From Candidatus Marinacidobacterium sp. (GTDB taxonomy: Bacteria > Acidobacteriota > Vicinamibacteria > Marinacidobacterales > Marinacidobacteraceae): DNA of 64,000 nucleotides. Made by a program: the position numbers and the translations under genes. Under the pieces are notes generated by a model. The model did not search any database, was not told where the DNA came from, and saw only the letters and a program-made list of their open reading frames with translations. Of this stretch, positions 29,139 through 39,078 are shown in pieces; the stretch's first letter is position 1, and each line of letters starts with the position of its first letter. Location of the stretch: assembly GCA_965204755.1 (NCBI GenBank), contig OZ242011.1, forward strand, positions 2,176,001-2,240,000, given 5' to 3'.

Positions 29139-29528
29139 TTACGGCTCTTCCCGGCCGTCGCGCGGGACCAGAACCGTCCGGAACCAGTCCTGACGATCGG
29201 CGGCGGCCCGCAACGCCTGACCGGCCCGTGGATCCCTCTTCTCCACTTCGCGGACCAACTGCATCAACTGCTCGTGCTTCTCGCCGGCGTCCTTCGCGAG
29301 TCGGCGCCGCAGTCCGTCGTCACGATGGGCGACTTCCGCGAAAGCGCACCAGAGGTCCTGCGCCACTTTCTCCCAGTCGTGCCGGAACGCTTCGGCGTCC
29401 GACATCACCCGGGTCCGGCGGGGGGCGAGTCCGTACAGGTCGAAGACGCTCGCCAGCCCTTCGAGGAATGCCGCCCACCGGCGCCGCTTGGGCTGCGGCG
29501 CGCCGGGCCCACCGCCGTTTCGAGTCAC
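29139..29528 (-). CDS. Hypothetical protein
   Basis: Start overlaps the S9 peptidase stop; helical segment FLEGLASVFD...SDAEAFRHDWEKVAQDL. Confidence 0.6.
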   Translation of the reverse strand: MTRNGGGPGAPQPKRRRWAAFLEGLASVFDLYGLAPRRTRVMSDAEAFRHDWEKVAQDLWCAFAEVAHRDDGLRRRLAKDAGEKHEQLMQLVREVEKRDPRAGQALRAAADRQDWFRTVLVPRDGREEP

Positions 29529-32029
29529 GGTTCCAGCCCCGGAGACCGATCGCTCGAGGCCCCGCTCGACTTACTCCCCTGACCCGGCGGAGGTGAGGAG
29601 TCCGTCGGCGGTCGGTCTTCGGCGCCGCCGGTCAGGTGGCGGTCGAAGAAGTCGGTCATGCGGCGGTAACTGTCGCGGCGGGTGGGGATTTCGTCCCAGC
29701 CGTGGTCCTCCACCGGATAGACCACGAGGTCGAAGTCCTTCTGCTTCTCGATGAGGATCTGCGCCAGCCGGAAGGAGTCCTGGATCTGGACATTGCCGTC
29801 CACCAGGCCGTGCTGGATCTGGAGCGCGTCTTCCAGCCCGTCGGCGTAGTACACCGGGCTCGAAACGCGGTAGGCCTCCTCGTCGTCGAGTTGGCTGCCG
29901 TTCAGGATGCGGCTCGTGTACCCCTGGTTGTAGTGGGCCCAGTCGGTCACCGGGTAGAGGGCCACTCCCGCCGCATACCTCCCGGGATGGCGGAAGAGGG
30001 ACATCAGCGTGAAGAAGCCGCCGTAGGAGCCGCCGTACACCCCGATTCGTCCGGGGTGGACGCCGTTCCGTTCGACGAGTCGGTCGAGCAGCGGCAGGGC
30101 GCTGTCGATGTCGGAGACGCCCATCTGCCGGTAGGCGTAGGTGCGGTTCCGGTGCCCGTAGCCGGAACTCCCCCGGTAGTCCACGGAAGCGGCGGCATAC
30201 CCGCGTTGCCGGAGGAAGTTCGCATAGACGATGCTGCCGAGTCGGCTCCAGCCCTTGACCACCGCCTGCGCGCACTCCCCGCAGCCGTGCGCGTACACCA
30301 CCGCCGGCGTCTCGCCGGCGACGGCGCCTTCGGGGGTGTCCCAGATGCGCGCCCAAGCCGTGTTGCCGTCGGGCAGGTCGTACTCCACGATCTCGCTTCC
30401 CGCCCAGGCCGTCCGGTAGAAGGCGTCGGTTCCGCTCTTGGTGACGCGGACCGGTTCGGCGCCGGATTCCGCGGCGTCCAGCAGGTGGAGGTCGCCGAAC
30501 TCGGTGAGCGACTGGCGGACGAGGGCCACCCGTCCGCCGTCCGGGGAGACCTCCCAGGAGTGCATCGCCTCCCCCTCGGTCAGCCGGGTGAGCGGGCCGC
30601 CCTGCGCCGGCAGCCGGTAGAGATGCTCCTCGCCCGGGTGTTCCCTGCTGGTGGTGAGGAAGAACGACTCGCCGTCCGGCGCGAGTTCGGCGCGCCGCAC
30701 TTCGAACGCGCCTTCCGTGAGCGCCGAGACTTCGCCGCCTTCGGGCCTCGCGAGCAGCAACATGGCCCAGCCGCTCTCCACCGACCCGAAGACGAAACCC
30801 CGGGAGTCCGGAAGCCAGGTGAGCATTCCCGGCCGCCAGCGCCCTTCGACCAGCGGACCGCCGATCCACGCCTCTTCGGTCTGGTGGTCGAGGTGGCGGA
30901 GCGCGGCGGTGTCGAAGTCCAGCAGCGAGATCCAGCGGCTCTTGTGATCCATGGAGAGCGTCTGCATCGCGGCCCACCGGCCGTCGGGGCTCCATTCCGG
31001 GCCGTGGATGACGGTCGCCCGTTCCTCGCCGTCCTCGATCCAGCGGATGTCGATGTCTTCCTGCCGCGCGGCGGGGTCCACCTCGACGAACCCGGTGCGC
31101 CAGGACGGGAGCGCTTCGCCGACCTTGGGCCGCGCGTCCTTCTCCGTCGCCCGCCCGCTCTCGTTCACGAACTCCATGAACTCGGTCCGGCGCGGCTCCG
31201 CCGGGTCCTTCCGCGAACGGAACGCGAGGTATCGGCCGTCGGGGGACAGCCGCAGGTCAGTAATCCGCTCCCCCTTCGGGACCGGTATCCGCTGCGGCGG
31301 CGCGGTGCGCTGCATCCGGCGCAATTCCTCCCGGCGTTCTTCGCGTTCCTTCCGTTCCCGCACGACGGCGACCAGTTCGGTCTGCTGCGCCTCCAACCAC
31401 GCCTGTTGTTTCGAGTCCTCCTCTTCCGCCGGAACCGCTTCGGCCACCTGGCGGACCAGCCCGGAGGCGAGGTCGTACTCCCACAGGTCGCCGTTCTCCG
31501 AAGCGGTCGGGGTCAGCCCCTCCGTGGCGAAGTGGAGGACGCTCCCGTCCGGACGCATCCGCAGCGCGCCGAGCGATCCCGCGGCGGAATAGACCGCGCG
31601 GGTTCCCCGTTCGGCGGTCCAGACGAACAGCGTCCCGTCCCGGCTCCAGGCGGTGGCGCCCGTGTCCCGGGAACGAACCGCGTCCGCTCCCGGAACCAGC
31701 CGGACCTCGTCCGGCGCGAGTTCGCGCAGCGTCCGCCCTTCCCGGTCGGCGGCGAACCAGGGGTCGTCCTCCGGCAACTGCCCGGGGGTCGGGGATTCAT
31801 TCCAGCGGAAGTAGATCTCGCTCCCGTCGGGCGCCCAGCGCAGGTCGCGCGGCGCGAGCCCGAAGACCCGGGGGCCGCCGCCGAGGTGGTCGAGCGTCAG
31901 TCGGAAGGTCGGGTCGGCGTCTTCGGGCGTCAGGGAAGACTGGGAGCGCAACTGCGCGGACGCCGGCAGGACGCCGCAGAGCGAAACGGCGGCGGCGGCC
32001 AGGGCCGGCAGGACGGGGAGTCTCGGCAT
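29525..32029 (-). CDS. S9 prolyl oligopeptidase/DPP-IV family peptidase, secreted
   Basis: Signal peptide, propeller repeats, GGSYGG, HGLVDGNV, EDHG; ATG 32029 follows GAGGAAGG. Confidence 0.92.
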   Translation of the reverse strand: MPRLPVLPALAAAAVSLCGVLPASAQLRSQSSLTPEDADPTFRLTLDHLGGGPRVFGLAPRDLRWAPDGSEIYFRWNESPTPGQLPEDDPWFAADREGRTLRELAPDEVRLVPGADAVRSRDTGATAWSRDGTLFVWTAERGTRAVYSAAGSLGALRMRPDGSVLHFATEGLTPTASENGDLWEYDLASGLVRQVAEAVPAEEEDSKQQAWLEAQQTELVAVVRERKEREERREELRRMQRTAPPQRIPVPKGERITDLRLSPDGRYLAFRSRKDPAEPRRTEFMEFVNESGRATEKDARPKVGEALPSWRTGFVEVDPAARQEDIDIRWIEDGEERATVIHGPEWSPDGRWAAMQTLSMDHKSRWISLLDFDTAALRHLDHQTEEAWIGGPLVEGRWRPGMLTWLPDSRGFVFGSVESGWAMLLLARPEGGEVSALTEGAFEVRRAELAPDGESFFLTTSREHPGEEHLYRLPAQGGPLTRLTEGEAMHSWEVSPDGGRVALVRQSLTEFGDLHLLDAAESGAEPVRVTKSGTDAFYRTAWAGSEIVEYDLPDGNTAWARIWDTPEGAVAGETPAVVYAHGCGECAQAVVKGWSRLGSIVYANFLRQRGYAAASVDYRGSSGYGHRNRTYAYRQMGVSDIDSALPLLDRLVERNGVHPGRIGVYGGSYGGFFTLMSLFRHPGRYAAGVALYPVTDWAHYNQGYTSRILNGSQLDDEEAYRVSSPVYYADGLEDALQIQHGLVDGNVQIQDSFRLAQILIEKQKDFDLVVYPVEDHGWDEIPTRRDSYRRMTDFFDRHLTGGAEDRPPTDSSPPPGQGSKSSGASSDRSPGLEP

Positions 32030-32061
32030 CGGGCGTCCTTCCTCGGGGGGATCTCCCGGGT

Positions 32062-33486
32062 TCAGCGGACCAGCAGGATTCGATCGTTCACCGGAACGAA
32101 CCATTCGACGCCGCGCTCGGTGACGACGGCGTCGTCTTCGAGCGGGATCCGCACTTTCGCCCCGCCGAATTCCTCGGCCTTGGTGTACGCGAAGAGTTCG
32201 ATCGCGAACATGTTGGACGGACGGATCTCGAACTCGAGCCGCGCGGGGTTGAACCAGGCGATGGAGGGGCCGATCCCGTGTCCGAGATTGCCGACCGAGT
32301 GGCAGCCGATGGCGATGTCGGTCGTGTCGTCGTCCGTGGGTCGGTTGAACTCGATCACTTGGAAACCGGCTTCTTCCAGCGAAGCGCCGAGGCGCTCCAG
32401 CATCGCGCCGGCGGTCGGCCCCGGCCGGATCGTGCGCCGGATGACTTCCCGGGCGGCGCGGCCGCGGTCGAAGGCGTTCTGGATTCCCGGGGGCGCGGCG
32501 GTTTCGCCGTCGCGGAGGACATAGGCGATGCGCTTCATGTCCGTATAGAAGTTCAGGTAGCCGACGCCCCAATCGATCATCACCAGGTCGCCGCGCTGGA
32601 TGATGCGTTCGTTCGAAGTCGCTTCGATGCCGGCGGGCCCGGTGATGTAGATTGAGGGAATGCCGAACGAGGTATCGAGCCCGTTCTCGAGCAGTTGCTG
32701 TTCGATCCACCAGGCCACATCTTCGAGCGCGGTCACGCCGGGGACGATGACCTCGTTGGAGAAGGCCCGCTCGGCGATCTTCCGCGCCCACTCGCTCGCC
32801 TCGCCGAAGGCGACGATCTCGCTCGCCACGCGGCGCGAGCGGAAGTCGGAGATCAACTTCTCGGCGCTCACCAACCGGTCCCGGTACGGCTCGCCGAGCG
32901 TTTCCGTGAGATGGAGCCAGGAAGTGTGCGAGAGCCCGTCGGCCGCGCCGATGCTGCGCGACATGTTCACGCCGATGCGCTGCGGGTCCCGCTCCCGGAC
33001 GAACTCGGCGAGGTCGGCGCTGCCGAGGATGCGGTCGTACACCTCGCAGCGCGCCAGTTTGTAGCCGGAGACGCCGATGGCGACGCGCTCGATCCGGTCG
33101 CCGCCCCGGTCCGTGAAGATGTAGTAGCCGGTGGAGCCGATGTAGCCGCGGCCGAGGTCCTCCCACAGCGGGTCGCGGAGTCCCTCCTTCATCACGGTGA
33201 TCCACATGTCGATCCCGTTCTCGCGCATCGCCTCGGGCAGGACGAGGTCGAACTTGTCGGCGCGGATGCGGCACATGCGTTCCCAGCGGTTCCGCGCTTC
33301 GGTCTTCGCCGCGCCGGGCGCGGGGAAGAGCGCCGGGAGAAGCGCCGCGGCCGCGAGCAGCGGAAGGAGGGTCCGCCGGCGCCTGCCTCCGGTTCCGGCC
33401 GCGTCCCCCCGCCCGCCGGGCCGCGCCGGGCGCGGGGCGGTTTCTCGGCCGGCCGGGCCGGCGTTCCTCGTCAGGCCGATGTCCAT
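32062..33486 (-). CDS. M24 family metallopeptidase
   Basis: IDWG...YTDMKR, HSVG...HG, IEL, LEDD. Confidence 0.85.
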   Translation of the reverse strand: MDIGLTRNAGPAGRETAPRPARPGGRGDAAGTGGRRRRTLLPLLAAAALLPALFPAPGAAKTEARNRWERMCRIRADKFDLVLPEAMRENGIDMWITVMKEGLRDPLWEDLGRGYIGSTGYYIFTDRGGDRIERVAIGVSGYKLARCEVYDRILGSADLAEFVRERDPQRIGVNMSRSIGAADGLSHTSWLHLTETLGEPYRDRLVSAEKLISDFRSRRVASEIVAFGEASEWARKIAERAFSNEVIVPGVTALEDVAWWIEQQLLENGLDTSFGIPSIYITGPAGIEATSNERIIQRGDLVMIDWGVGYLNFYTDMKRIAYVLRDGETAAPPGIQNAFDRGRAAREVIRRTIRPGPTAGAMLERLGASLEEAGFQVIEFNRPTDDDTTDIAIGCHSVGNLGHGIGPSIAWFNPARLEFEIRPSNMFAIELFAYTKAEEFGGAKVRIPLEDDAVVTERGVEWFVPVNDRILLVR

Positions 33487-33593
33487 GCGATCTCCCTCCG
33501 GAATCGGCGCCGAAGGGTACGCGAAAGGATGCGCTCCCCGGCGAACCCGGGTCGGCCGGCGAGGCCTGCGCCGGCGACCGGGCGGAAAACCCG

Positions 33594-34112
33594 CTAGTCG
33601 GCTTCCGTCGGGTTCGCTTCCTCGTCGGGTGCGGCGCCGTCGGACGGGATGCTGTCGGACGGGACGCCGTCGGACGGGACCGGGTTGGCCGTGGGCTCGA
33701 CCGGCGCTTCGACTGCCTCCGCATCGGCTCCGGCGGCCTCCGCGCCCTCCGTGTCCTCCGGCGCTTCCGGCGCCGAAGCGTCAGCGGCGCCCTCGGTCCC
33801 GGCGGCGGCGCCGTCCTCCGGGGCCGCTCCTTCCGCGTCGGACTCGCCGAACATCCGCGCGAGCGCGGCGCGGGCCTCTTCCCTGGCGGCCTGCTGGTCC
33901 TCCGTCGGTCCGCGCGTGTCTTCCTCGATGATCTGCTCGGCTTCGTGCTTGGCGTACACCTCGATCTTCCCCGCCTGCATCTCGGCGAGGGCGACCGCGG
34001 CCGGGCGGCGCAGCGGGCTGGGGACTCTCGGCGGCGCCCCCTGGATCAGTTGCCGGGCGCGCTGCGCCAGCGCGTTCACCTGCAGGAAAGGACTCGCCTC
34101 TTCGATCTTCAA
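33594..34112 (-). CDS. rpoZ: RNA polymerase omega subunit with a long acidic C-terminal extension
   Basis: SPFLQVNALAQRARQL...VALAEMQAGKI omega signature; TTG start follows GAGGAG. Confidence 0.75.
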   Translation of the reverse strand: MKIEEASPFLQVNALAQRARQLIQGAPPRVPSPLRRPAAVALAEMQAGKIEVYAKHEAEQIIEEDTRGPTEDQQAAREEARAALARMFGESDAEGAAPEDGAAAGTEGAADASAPEAPEDTEGAEAAGADAEAVEAPVEPTANPVPSDGVPSDSIPSDGAAPDEEANPTEAD

Positions 34113-34260
34113 TCGGGATCTCCTCGCTCCCGACCGCGCATCCCGGTTCTCCGGCGCGGCCGAACCGGGTAGGTTAGCAGTCCGCGGGGGTACATCGCCA
34201 ACGGCAACCGGTTTCCGGGAGACGAAGCCGGTCGGCGGAAACGAGGGCCGGGTTCGGCGG

Positions 34261-34815
34261 TCAGGAGGCCGGACTCGCGAGCAGCCGGCGGAACACCGCC
34301 AGGGACTCCGGCGCCGACCAGTCGCGCGCCCCGATGATGTGGGAGGCCAGCCGGCCGTCGCGCCCGACGATCCAGGTCTCGGGGTACTGCAGCACTTCGT
34401 AGCGGCGGGACACCCGTTTGCCCGGGTCGTGGAGCACCAGGAAGCGAAGGCCGTGCTCGGTTACGAAGGGCTCGATGTCTGCGTACCGCTCGTCCACCGA
34501 GACCGCCACGACTTCGAGCCCCTCGGGGCCGAGGTCGTCGGCGAGTCGCTGCAGCGAGGGCATTTCGGTCACGCAGGGCGGGCACCAGGTCGCCCAGAAG
34601 TTCAGCACCACGACTTTCCCGACGAAGTCGGAGAGGCGGTGTCGATCCCCGGCGAGGTCCTCGAGTTCGAAGGCCGGCGCGGGGGCGCCGGCTTCCGGGC
34701 TCGGCGGGCGTTCGGCGCACCCGGCGGCGAGGACCGCCGGCAGCAGAGCCATAAGGACGGCGGGCCCGACCGGTGAACCCGCCGCCGCCGGTCGGCCCGG
34801 GGCTCCGCCGCTCAC
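34261..34815 (-). CDS. TlpA/ResA-like thiol-disulfide oxidoreductase lipoprotein
   Basis: LNFWATWCPPC, lipobox LAAGC, YPET cis-Pro loop. Confidence 0.9.
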   Translation of the reverse strand: MSGGAPGRPAAAGSPVGPAVLMALLPAVLAAGCAERPPSPEAGAPAPAFELEDLAGDRHRLSDFVGKVVVLNFWATWCPPCVTEMPSLQRLADDLGPEGLEVVAVSVDERYADIEPFVTEHGLRFLVLHDPGKRVSRRYEVLQYPETWIVGRDGRLASHIIGARDWSAPESLAVFRRLLASPAS

Positions 34816-35390
34816 GAGCCCCCTTCTTCCGTCGCGAAGAACCTCCCCAGGGCGGCGAGGGTCTTGGCGTCCTCGATGTGTCCATGCGGGCCGGTTTCGC
34901 CGGCGAGCATTCGCCGCGCCTCCGCGACCGGAACGAGCACCGGGCGCACCGATTCACCCGATTCGGGCGCCGGCGGGCCGGCGGTGAGCCCCTCGGCCAG
35001 GAACACCCGGAGGTATTCGTCGCAGAACCCGGGCGCGGTGAAGAAGGCGCCGAACGGACGGAGTACGGCCGCCCGGTAACCGGTCTCTTCGGCAAGTTCG
35101 CGCGCGGCCGTTTCTTCCGCCGCCTCCCCGGCTTCCCGCGTGCCGGCCGGAATCTCCAGCATCGGCCTCCCCGCCGCGTAGCGGTACTGCCGCACCATCA
35201 CGAGCCGGCCGGGGTCGGGCCGCGCCAGGACGGCCACCGCCCCCGGATGCCGTGCGACCTCGCGGCGGGACAGCGGGCCGTAGCCGCCCTCGCCGTCCGG
35301 TTCGCGCACCCGGTCCACCTCCACCCGCAGCAGCCGGCCGCGGAACCGGACCTGGCGATGGAACAGGTCGGCGGAGGTCGTCGTTCCCAC
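34812..35390 (-). CDS. NUDIX hydrolase (ADP-ribose pyrophosphatase-like)
   Basis: EIPAG...AARELAEETG Nudix box, RQYRY, APGF, DAKT. Confidence 0.9.
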   Translation of the reverse strand: MGTTTSADLFHRQVRFRGRLLRVEVDRVREPDGEGGYGPLSRREVARHPGAVAVLARPDPGRLVMVRQYRYAAGRPMLEIPAGTREAGEAAEETAARELAEETGYRAAVLRPFGAFFTAPGFCDEYLRVFLAEGLTAGPPAPESGESVRPVLVPVAEARRMLAGETGPHGHIEDAKTLAALGRFFATEEGGS

Positions 35391-35521
35391 GGTGCTCGAT
35401 GGCCTCCCGACCGAACCGGCAGTGTACCGGGGAGGCGGCCCGACGGCGTCCCTGCGGTTTCGGTTCGGAGCGGAGGAGCGGACCGCTGCGCGACAATGCC
35501 GCCCGCTTCGGCGGCCGCTCC

Positions 35522-36766
35522 ATGACCGTTCCCCGCCGGGTCGCCGCCCTCTGCCTCGCGGGCGTTGCGGCCACCGCCGGGGCCCAGTCGGATCCCCCGG
35601 CCCTCGACGCCGCTCGGGGTGGGCCGTCTCCCTCGATCCTCGACCGGGAGGGCGTCCAGTTCCTGTTCGACTACGACTTCGCGGACGCCGACCGGGTGTA
35701 TCGCCGGTTCTCGGAGGAGTTTCCCGACCACCCGTTCGGGCCGTACAACCGCGCGGCGGTGGTCTGGACCCGGCTCGCCCAGAGGAGCGGCGGGATGCGG
35801 GGCTCCGCCCACCAGGGAGACCGGTACTGGACCCAGACCCGCAAACCGGAAGCCTCCCCCGAAGACATCGCCTCGTTCGGGCGATTCGCGGAGGAAGCCC
35901 TGGCGCGCGCCGAACGCGCTCTCGAATCCGCCCCCGGGGACCTGGAAGTCCGGTACTACCGGGGCGCGACCGAGGCGCTGCAGTCCGGCTGGAAGATCGT
36001 GGTCGAGCGCTCCTACCTCGGCGGCGCCCGCCTGATCCGCCGCGCGGTGGGGCGCCACCGGGACATCCTCGAAGCCGACTCCGGCTTCGCCGACGCCTAC
36101 GCCGTGCCCGGCGCCTGGGACTACGGGGTGGCCACGCTGCCGCGGGCGCTCCGGGCGCTGGCGTTCCTCTTCGGGGTCCGCGGGAACCGCGACCGGGGGC
36201 TCGACTGGGTGGAGAAGACCGCGCGGGAAGGACATCGCGCCCGGTGGGGCGCGCTCTGGACCCTGACGGTGCTCCTGCAGCGGGAGAAGCGGTTCGACGA
36301 GGCGCTCGCGGCCCTCGGGACCCTCCGCCGCCGGTTCCCGAGGAACCCGGACTATCCGCTCGAAGAAGCGGCGGTGCTCGTTTCGCTGAAGGACTACGCC
36401 GCCGCGCGGGACGCGGCCGAGGAGTTCCTGCGCCGCCGGGAGGCCGGTTTCGGCAACTACCACCTGGCGGCCGCCGGCCTGCCCGAACTGCGGCTGGGCG
36501 AGTCGCTGCTTTTCGCCGAGGAGTGGGGCGCCGCCGAGCGCGCCCTGACCGAGGGTCTCGCGGCCGAGCCCGTTTCCGAACTCCGGGCGCTCCTCCACTT
36601 CCGCCGCGGGAACGCCCGCGACGGCGGGGGTCTCCGGCGGGCGGCGCTCGGCGACTACCTGCGGGTGGAGCAGTCGGATGCGGACCCGATCCTCGCGGAT
36701 TGGGCGGCCGTCCTGCGCCGGGAACCGTGGCCGGCCGGCGCTCCCGCCGGGGCTGCGCCCGAGTAG
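35522..36766 (+). CDS. Secreted TPR-like helical repeat protein
   Basis: Signal peptide, Ala/Leu/Tyr-rich helical repeats. Confidence 0.7.
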   Translation: MTVPRRVAALCLAGVAATAGAQSDPPALDAARGGPSPSILDREGVQFLFDYDFADADRVYRRFSEEFPDHPFGPYNRAAVVWTRLAQRSGGMRGSAHQGDRYWTQTRKPEASPEDIASFGRFAEEALARAERALESAPGDLEVRYYRGATEALQSGWKIVVERSYLGGARLIRRAVGRHRDILEADSGFADAYAVPGAWDYGVATLPRALRALAFLFGVRGNRDRGLDWVEKTAREGHRARWGALWTLTVLLQREKRFDEALAALGTLRRRFPRNPDYPLEEAAVLVSLKDYAAARDAAEEFLRRREAGFGNYHLAAAGLPELRLGESLLFAEEWGAAERALTEGLAAEPVSELRALLHFRRGNARDGGGLRRAALGDYLRVEQSDADPILADWAAVLRREPWPAGAPAGAAPE

Positions 36767-36857
36767 GACGCTGCCGTCCGGGGAGCGCCGACGGCCGGGG
36801 AGCGCCGCCGGTCGGGGGCCGCCGCGCGGGCGCCCCCGGCCGAGGGCGGGTCTGTCG

Positions 36858-37664
36858 TTATTCCCCGGCGGCGCTGTAGGTGAACGAAGCGTCGGCCGTG
36901 GCGGATTCGCCGACGGTGACCTGCATCTCCATCTCGCCCAGCCGCTCGTGCCAGACCCCGACCGTGTAGTCGCCCGGCGGCACATTGCCGATGCTGTACG
37001 AACCGTCGGCGGCGCTCACCGAGAAGTACGGGTGGTCGAGTACTCCGGCGTAACTGTTCATCCACCGATGCACATCGCACTTGAAGGGCACCATGACTTC
37101 GACCTGGTCGAAGGTGCGGGAGGTGCTCATCCCCTGCACCGGCTGTCCGATGTTGAATTCCCGGTTGGCGCTGGGGGTCGCGTGGATGTTGTGGAGGGTC
37201 TGGTCGCTGTTCAGGATCTGGAGTTCCTGCCCCACCTGGATCCCGAGGACATGGGGCACATAGACGCAACCCTCCTGGTTGAGCGTGACCGGTTCGCTCG
37301 GCGTGGGGAAGGACCTGCCTTCGAGTCCGCCCTTGATATAGACGAACGCGTTCTGCAGGCCGCCCTCCATATCCGTGACGACGAACTCGGTCATGACCGG
37401 GGAGTCGTGCATCCGGGCGCAGTTCGGGTCGGCGGCCATCTGGACGGCGTCGGCCGGCGGGGCCTCGCCGTCGAGCATGATCGCGCCGGTGATCGTCCCG
37501 GCGGTCGCCGGGTCCACCGTGGTCATCTCGGCCGCCGGCATGGCGTCCATGGCGTCGTCGGACGAGTCGGAACCTCCCCCGCCGCAGGCGGCGAGGGCCA
37601 GCGCGGCGAGCGCGGCCGGCAGGGCCGCGGGGAACGAGGGCAGGGAGCGGAAACGCTTGGTCAA
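36858..37664 (-). CDS. Lipoprotein with a cupredoxin-like site and a carboxypeptidase-regulatory-like domain
   Basis: Lipobox LALAAC, HNIH, CDVHRWM, VPPGDYTV; TTG 37664 follows GGAGG. Confidence 0.75.
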   Translation of the reverse strand: MTKRFRSLPSFPAALPAALAALALAACGGGGSDSSDDAMDAMPAAEMTTVDPATAGTITGAIMLDGEAPPADAVQMAADPNCARMHDSPVMTEFVVTDMEGGLQNAFVYIKGGLEGRSFPTPSEPVTLNQEGCVYVPHVLGIQVGQELQILNSDQTLHNIHATPSANREFNIGQPVQGMSTSRTFDQVEVMVPFKCDVHRWMNSYAGVLDHPYFSVSAADGSYSIGNVPPGDYTVGVWHERLGEMEMQVTVGESATADASFTYSAAGE

Positions 37665-37926
37665 GTGGGAACCTCCGTCGGAAAAGTCCTCTGGCCGAAT
37701 CCCGGGTCCGCCCGGCGGCGGGCCGGCCGAGCGGGAAGGTCCGGGATATCGGCTCGCGGCCGGCCGAAGGAAGAGGATTCCGACCGCGGGCCGCCGATCC
37801 ACACGGGCGAAACGCCCGTAAGTCCGCGCAATTCTAGCGGCGCGCGGAGACCGCGCCCCGCCCTTCGTCCTCGACTTCGCGGTCGGGTCGGCGGCGCCTC
37901 GGGCGGGCGGGCGACCGGAGGGCCGC

Positions 37927-38020
37927 GGTCAACAGCCTGTGGAGAAAGTCCGGGGAGGGCCTGTCGGCGCGAAGCGCCGACCGGGGAGGGGTGCGGGGAG
38001 GGGGTGGCGGGCTGTTGACC
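37927..38020. repeat. Degenerate dispersed repeat, copy B, bounded by inverted repeats
   Basis: GGTCAACAGCC...GGCTGTTGACC; shares a 46-bp core with 12721-12766. Confidence 0.55.
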
Positions 38021-38053
38021 GGGGGCGGAGATCGTTAGAGTGAACGGCGCACC

Positions 38054-39010
38054 ATGACGGCCGGCTCCGCCCGCTCCCGGGCGCCCCGCGGCCGGCTCGC
38101 CGGCCGGCTGGTTCTCGCCGGCGCCGCGGCGCTCGTCTCTTGGTCCGGGGCGTCGGCGGCGGGGCAGGAGCGACCGGGAAACGATCCGTTCCGGCTCCGG
38201 CTCGCCGTTGAGGCGGTGAACCTCGGCGTCGCCGTGACGGACTCCCGCGGACGGTTCGTCTCCGGGCTCACGGAGGAGAACTTCGTCGTTCGCGAGGACG
38301 GCGTGCCGCAGGAGATCAGTTTCTTCGCCAGCGAGGTCGCCCCCCTCGACATCCTGATCCTGCTCGACGCCTCGCTCAGCATGAGGGCCAGTCTCGACTA
38401 TGTGAAGGAAGCGGCCTCGATCTTCGTGGATCGGCTCTGGGAAGGCGACCGGGCGATGATCGGCGAGTTCAACGACCGCATCCGGTTCGGCGGGGAGTTC
38501 ACCGACGACCGGAGGCGGCTCACTTCGAGCATCCTGGCGCTGAACCCGCTGGGCGCCACCGCGCTCTACGACGCCTCGATCCTGGCCCTCGAGCGGCTTC
38601 ACCGGGCCGACGCGGAGCGGAAGGCGCTGCTCGTCTTCACCGACGGCGACGACTCCCGGATCACCGGTTTCGGCAGCGAGGCGAGTTCCCGCGACGCCAT
38701 CGAAGCCGCGCGTCTCACCGAGGCGGCGATCTACGCCATCGGCTTCGAGGGGAACGGGGCGCGCGTCAACAAGCGGTTCCTGAACCGGTTGACCGAAGAG
38801 ACGGGCGGCCAGGCGCTCTTCCCGGAACGCACCGGCGACCTCATCGGCAGTTTCGCCCGGATCGAGGAAGACCTCCACTCCCAGTACCGGCTCGCCTACA
38901 TCCCGCGGATCGAGCAACGCGACGGGGAGTGGCGGTCCATCGAGGTAACGGTCACCGGCCGGCGCGGCCTCACCGCCCGCGCGCGCCGCGGCTACTACGC
39001 CGATCCGTAG
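38054..39010 (+). CDS. VWA domain protein (Acidobacterial VWFA-related type)
   Basis: VTDSRGRFVSGL, DASLSM MIDAS, TALYDA, FTDGDD, RARRGYY. Confidence 0.88.
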   Translation: MTAGSARSRAPRGRLAGRLVLAGAAALVSWSGASAAGQERPGNDPFRLRLAVEAVNLGVAVTDSRGRFVSGLTEENFVVREDGVPQEISFFASEVAPLDILILLDASLSMRASLDYVKEAASIFVDRLWEGDRAMIGEFNDRIRFGGEFTDDRRRLTSSILALNPLGATALYDASILALERLHRADAERKALLVFTDGDDSRITGFGSEASSRDAIEAARLTEAAIYAIGFEGNGARVNKRFLNRLTEETGGQALFPERTGDLIGSFARIEEDLHSQYRLAYIPRIEQRDGEWRSIEVTVTGRRGLTARARRGYYADP

Positions 39011-39078
39011 GCTCGGTCCGAGCCCGAGGCGTCTGTCTCGAGTCGCGCTTCCGTTCGGGCCCCGGAGGGGGCCCCGGT

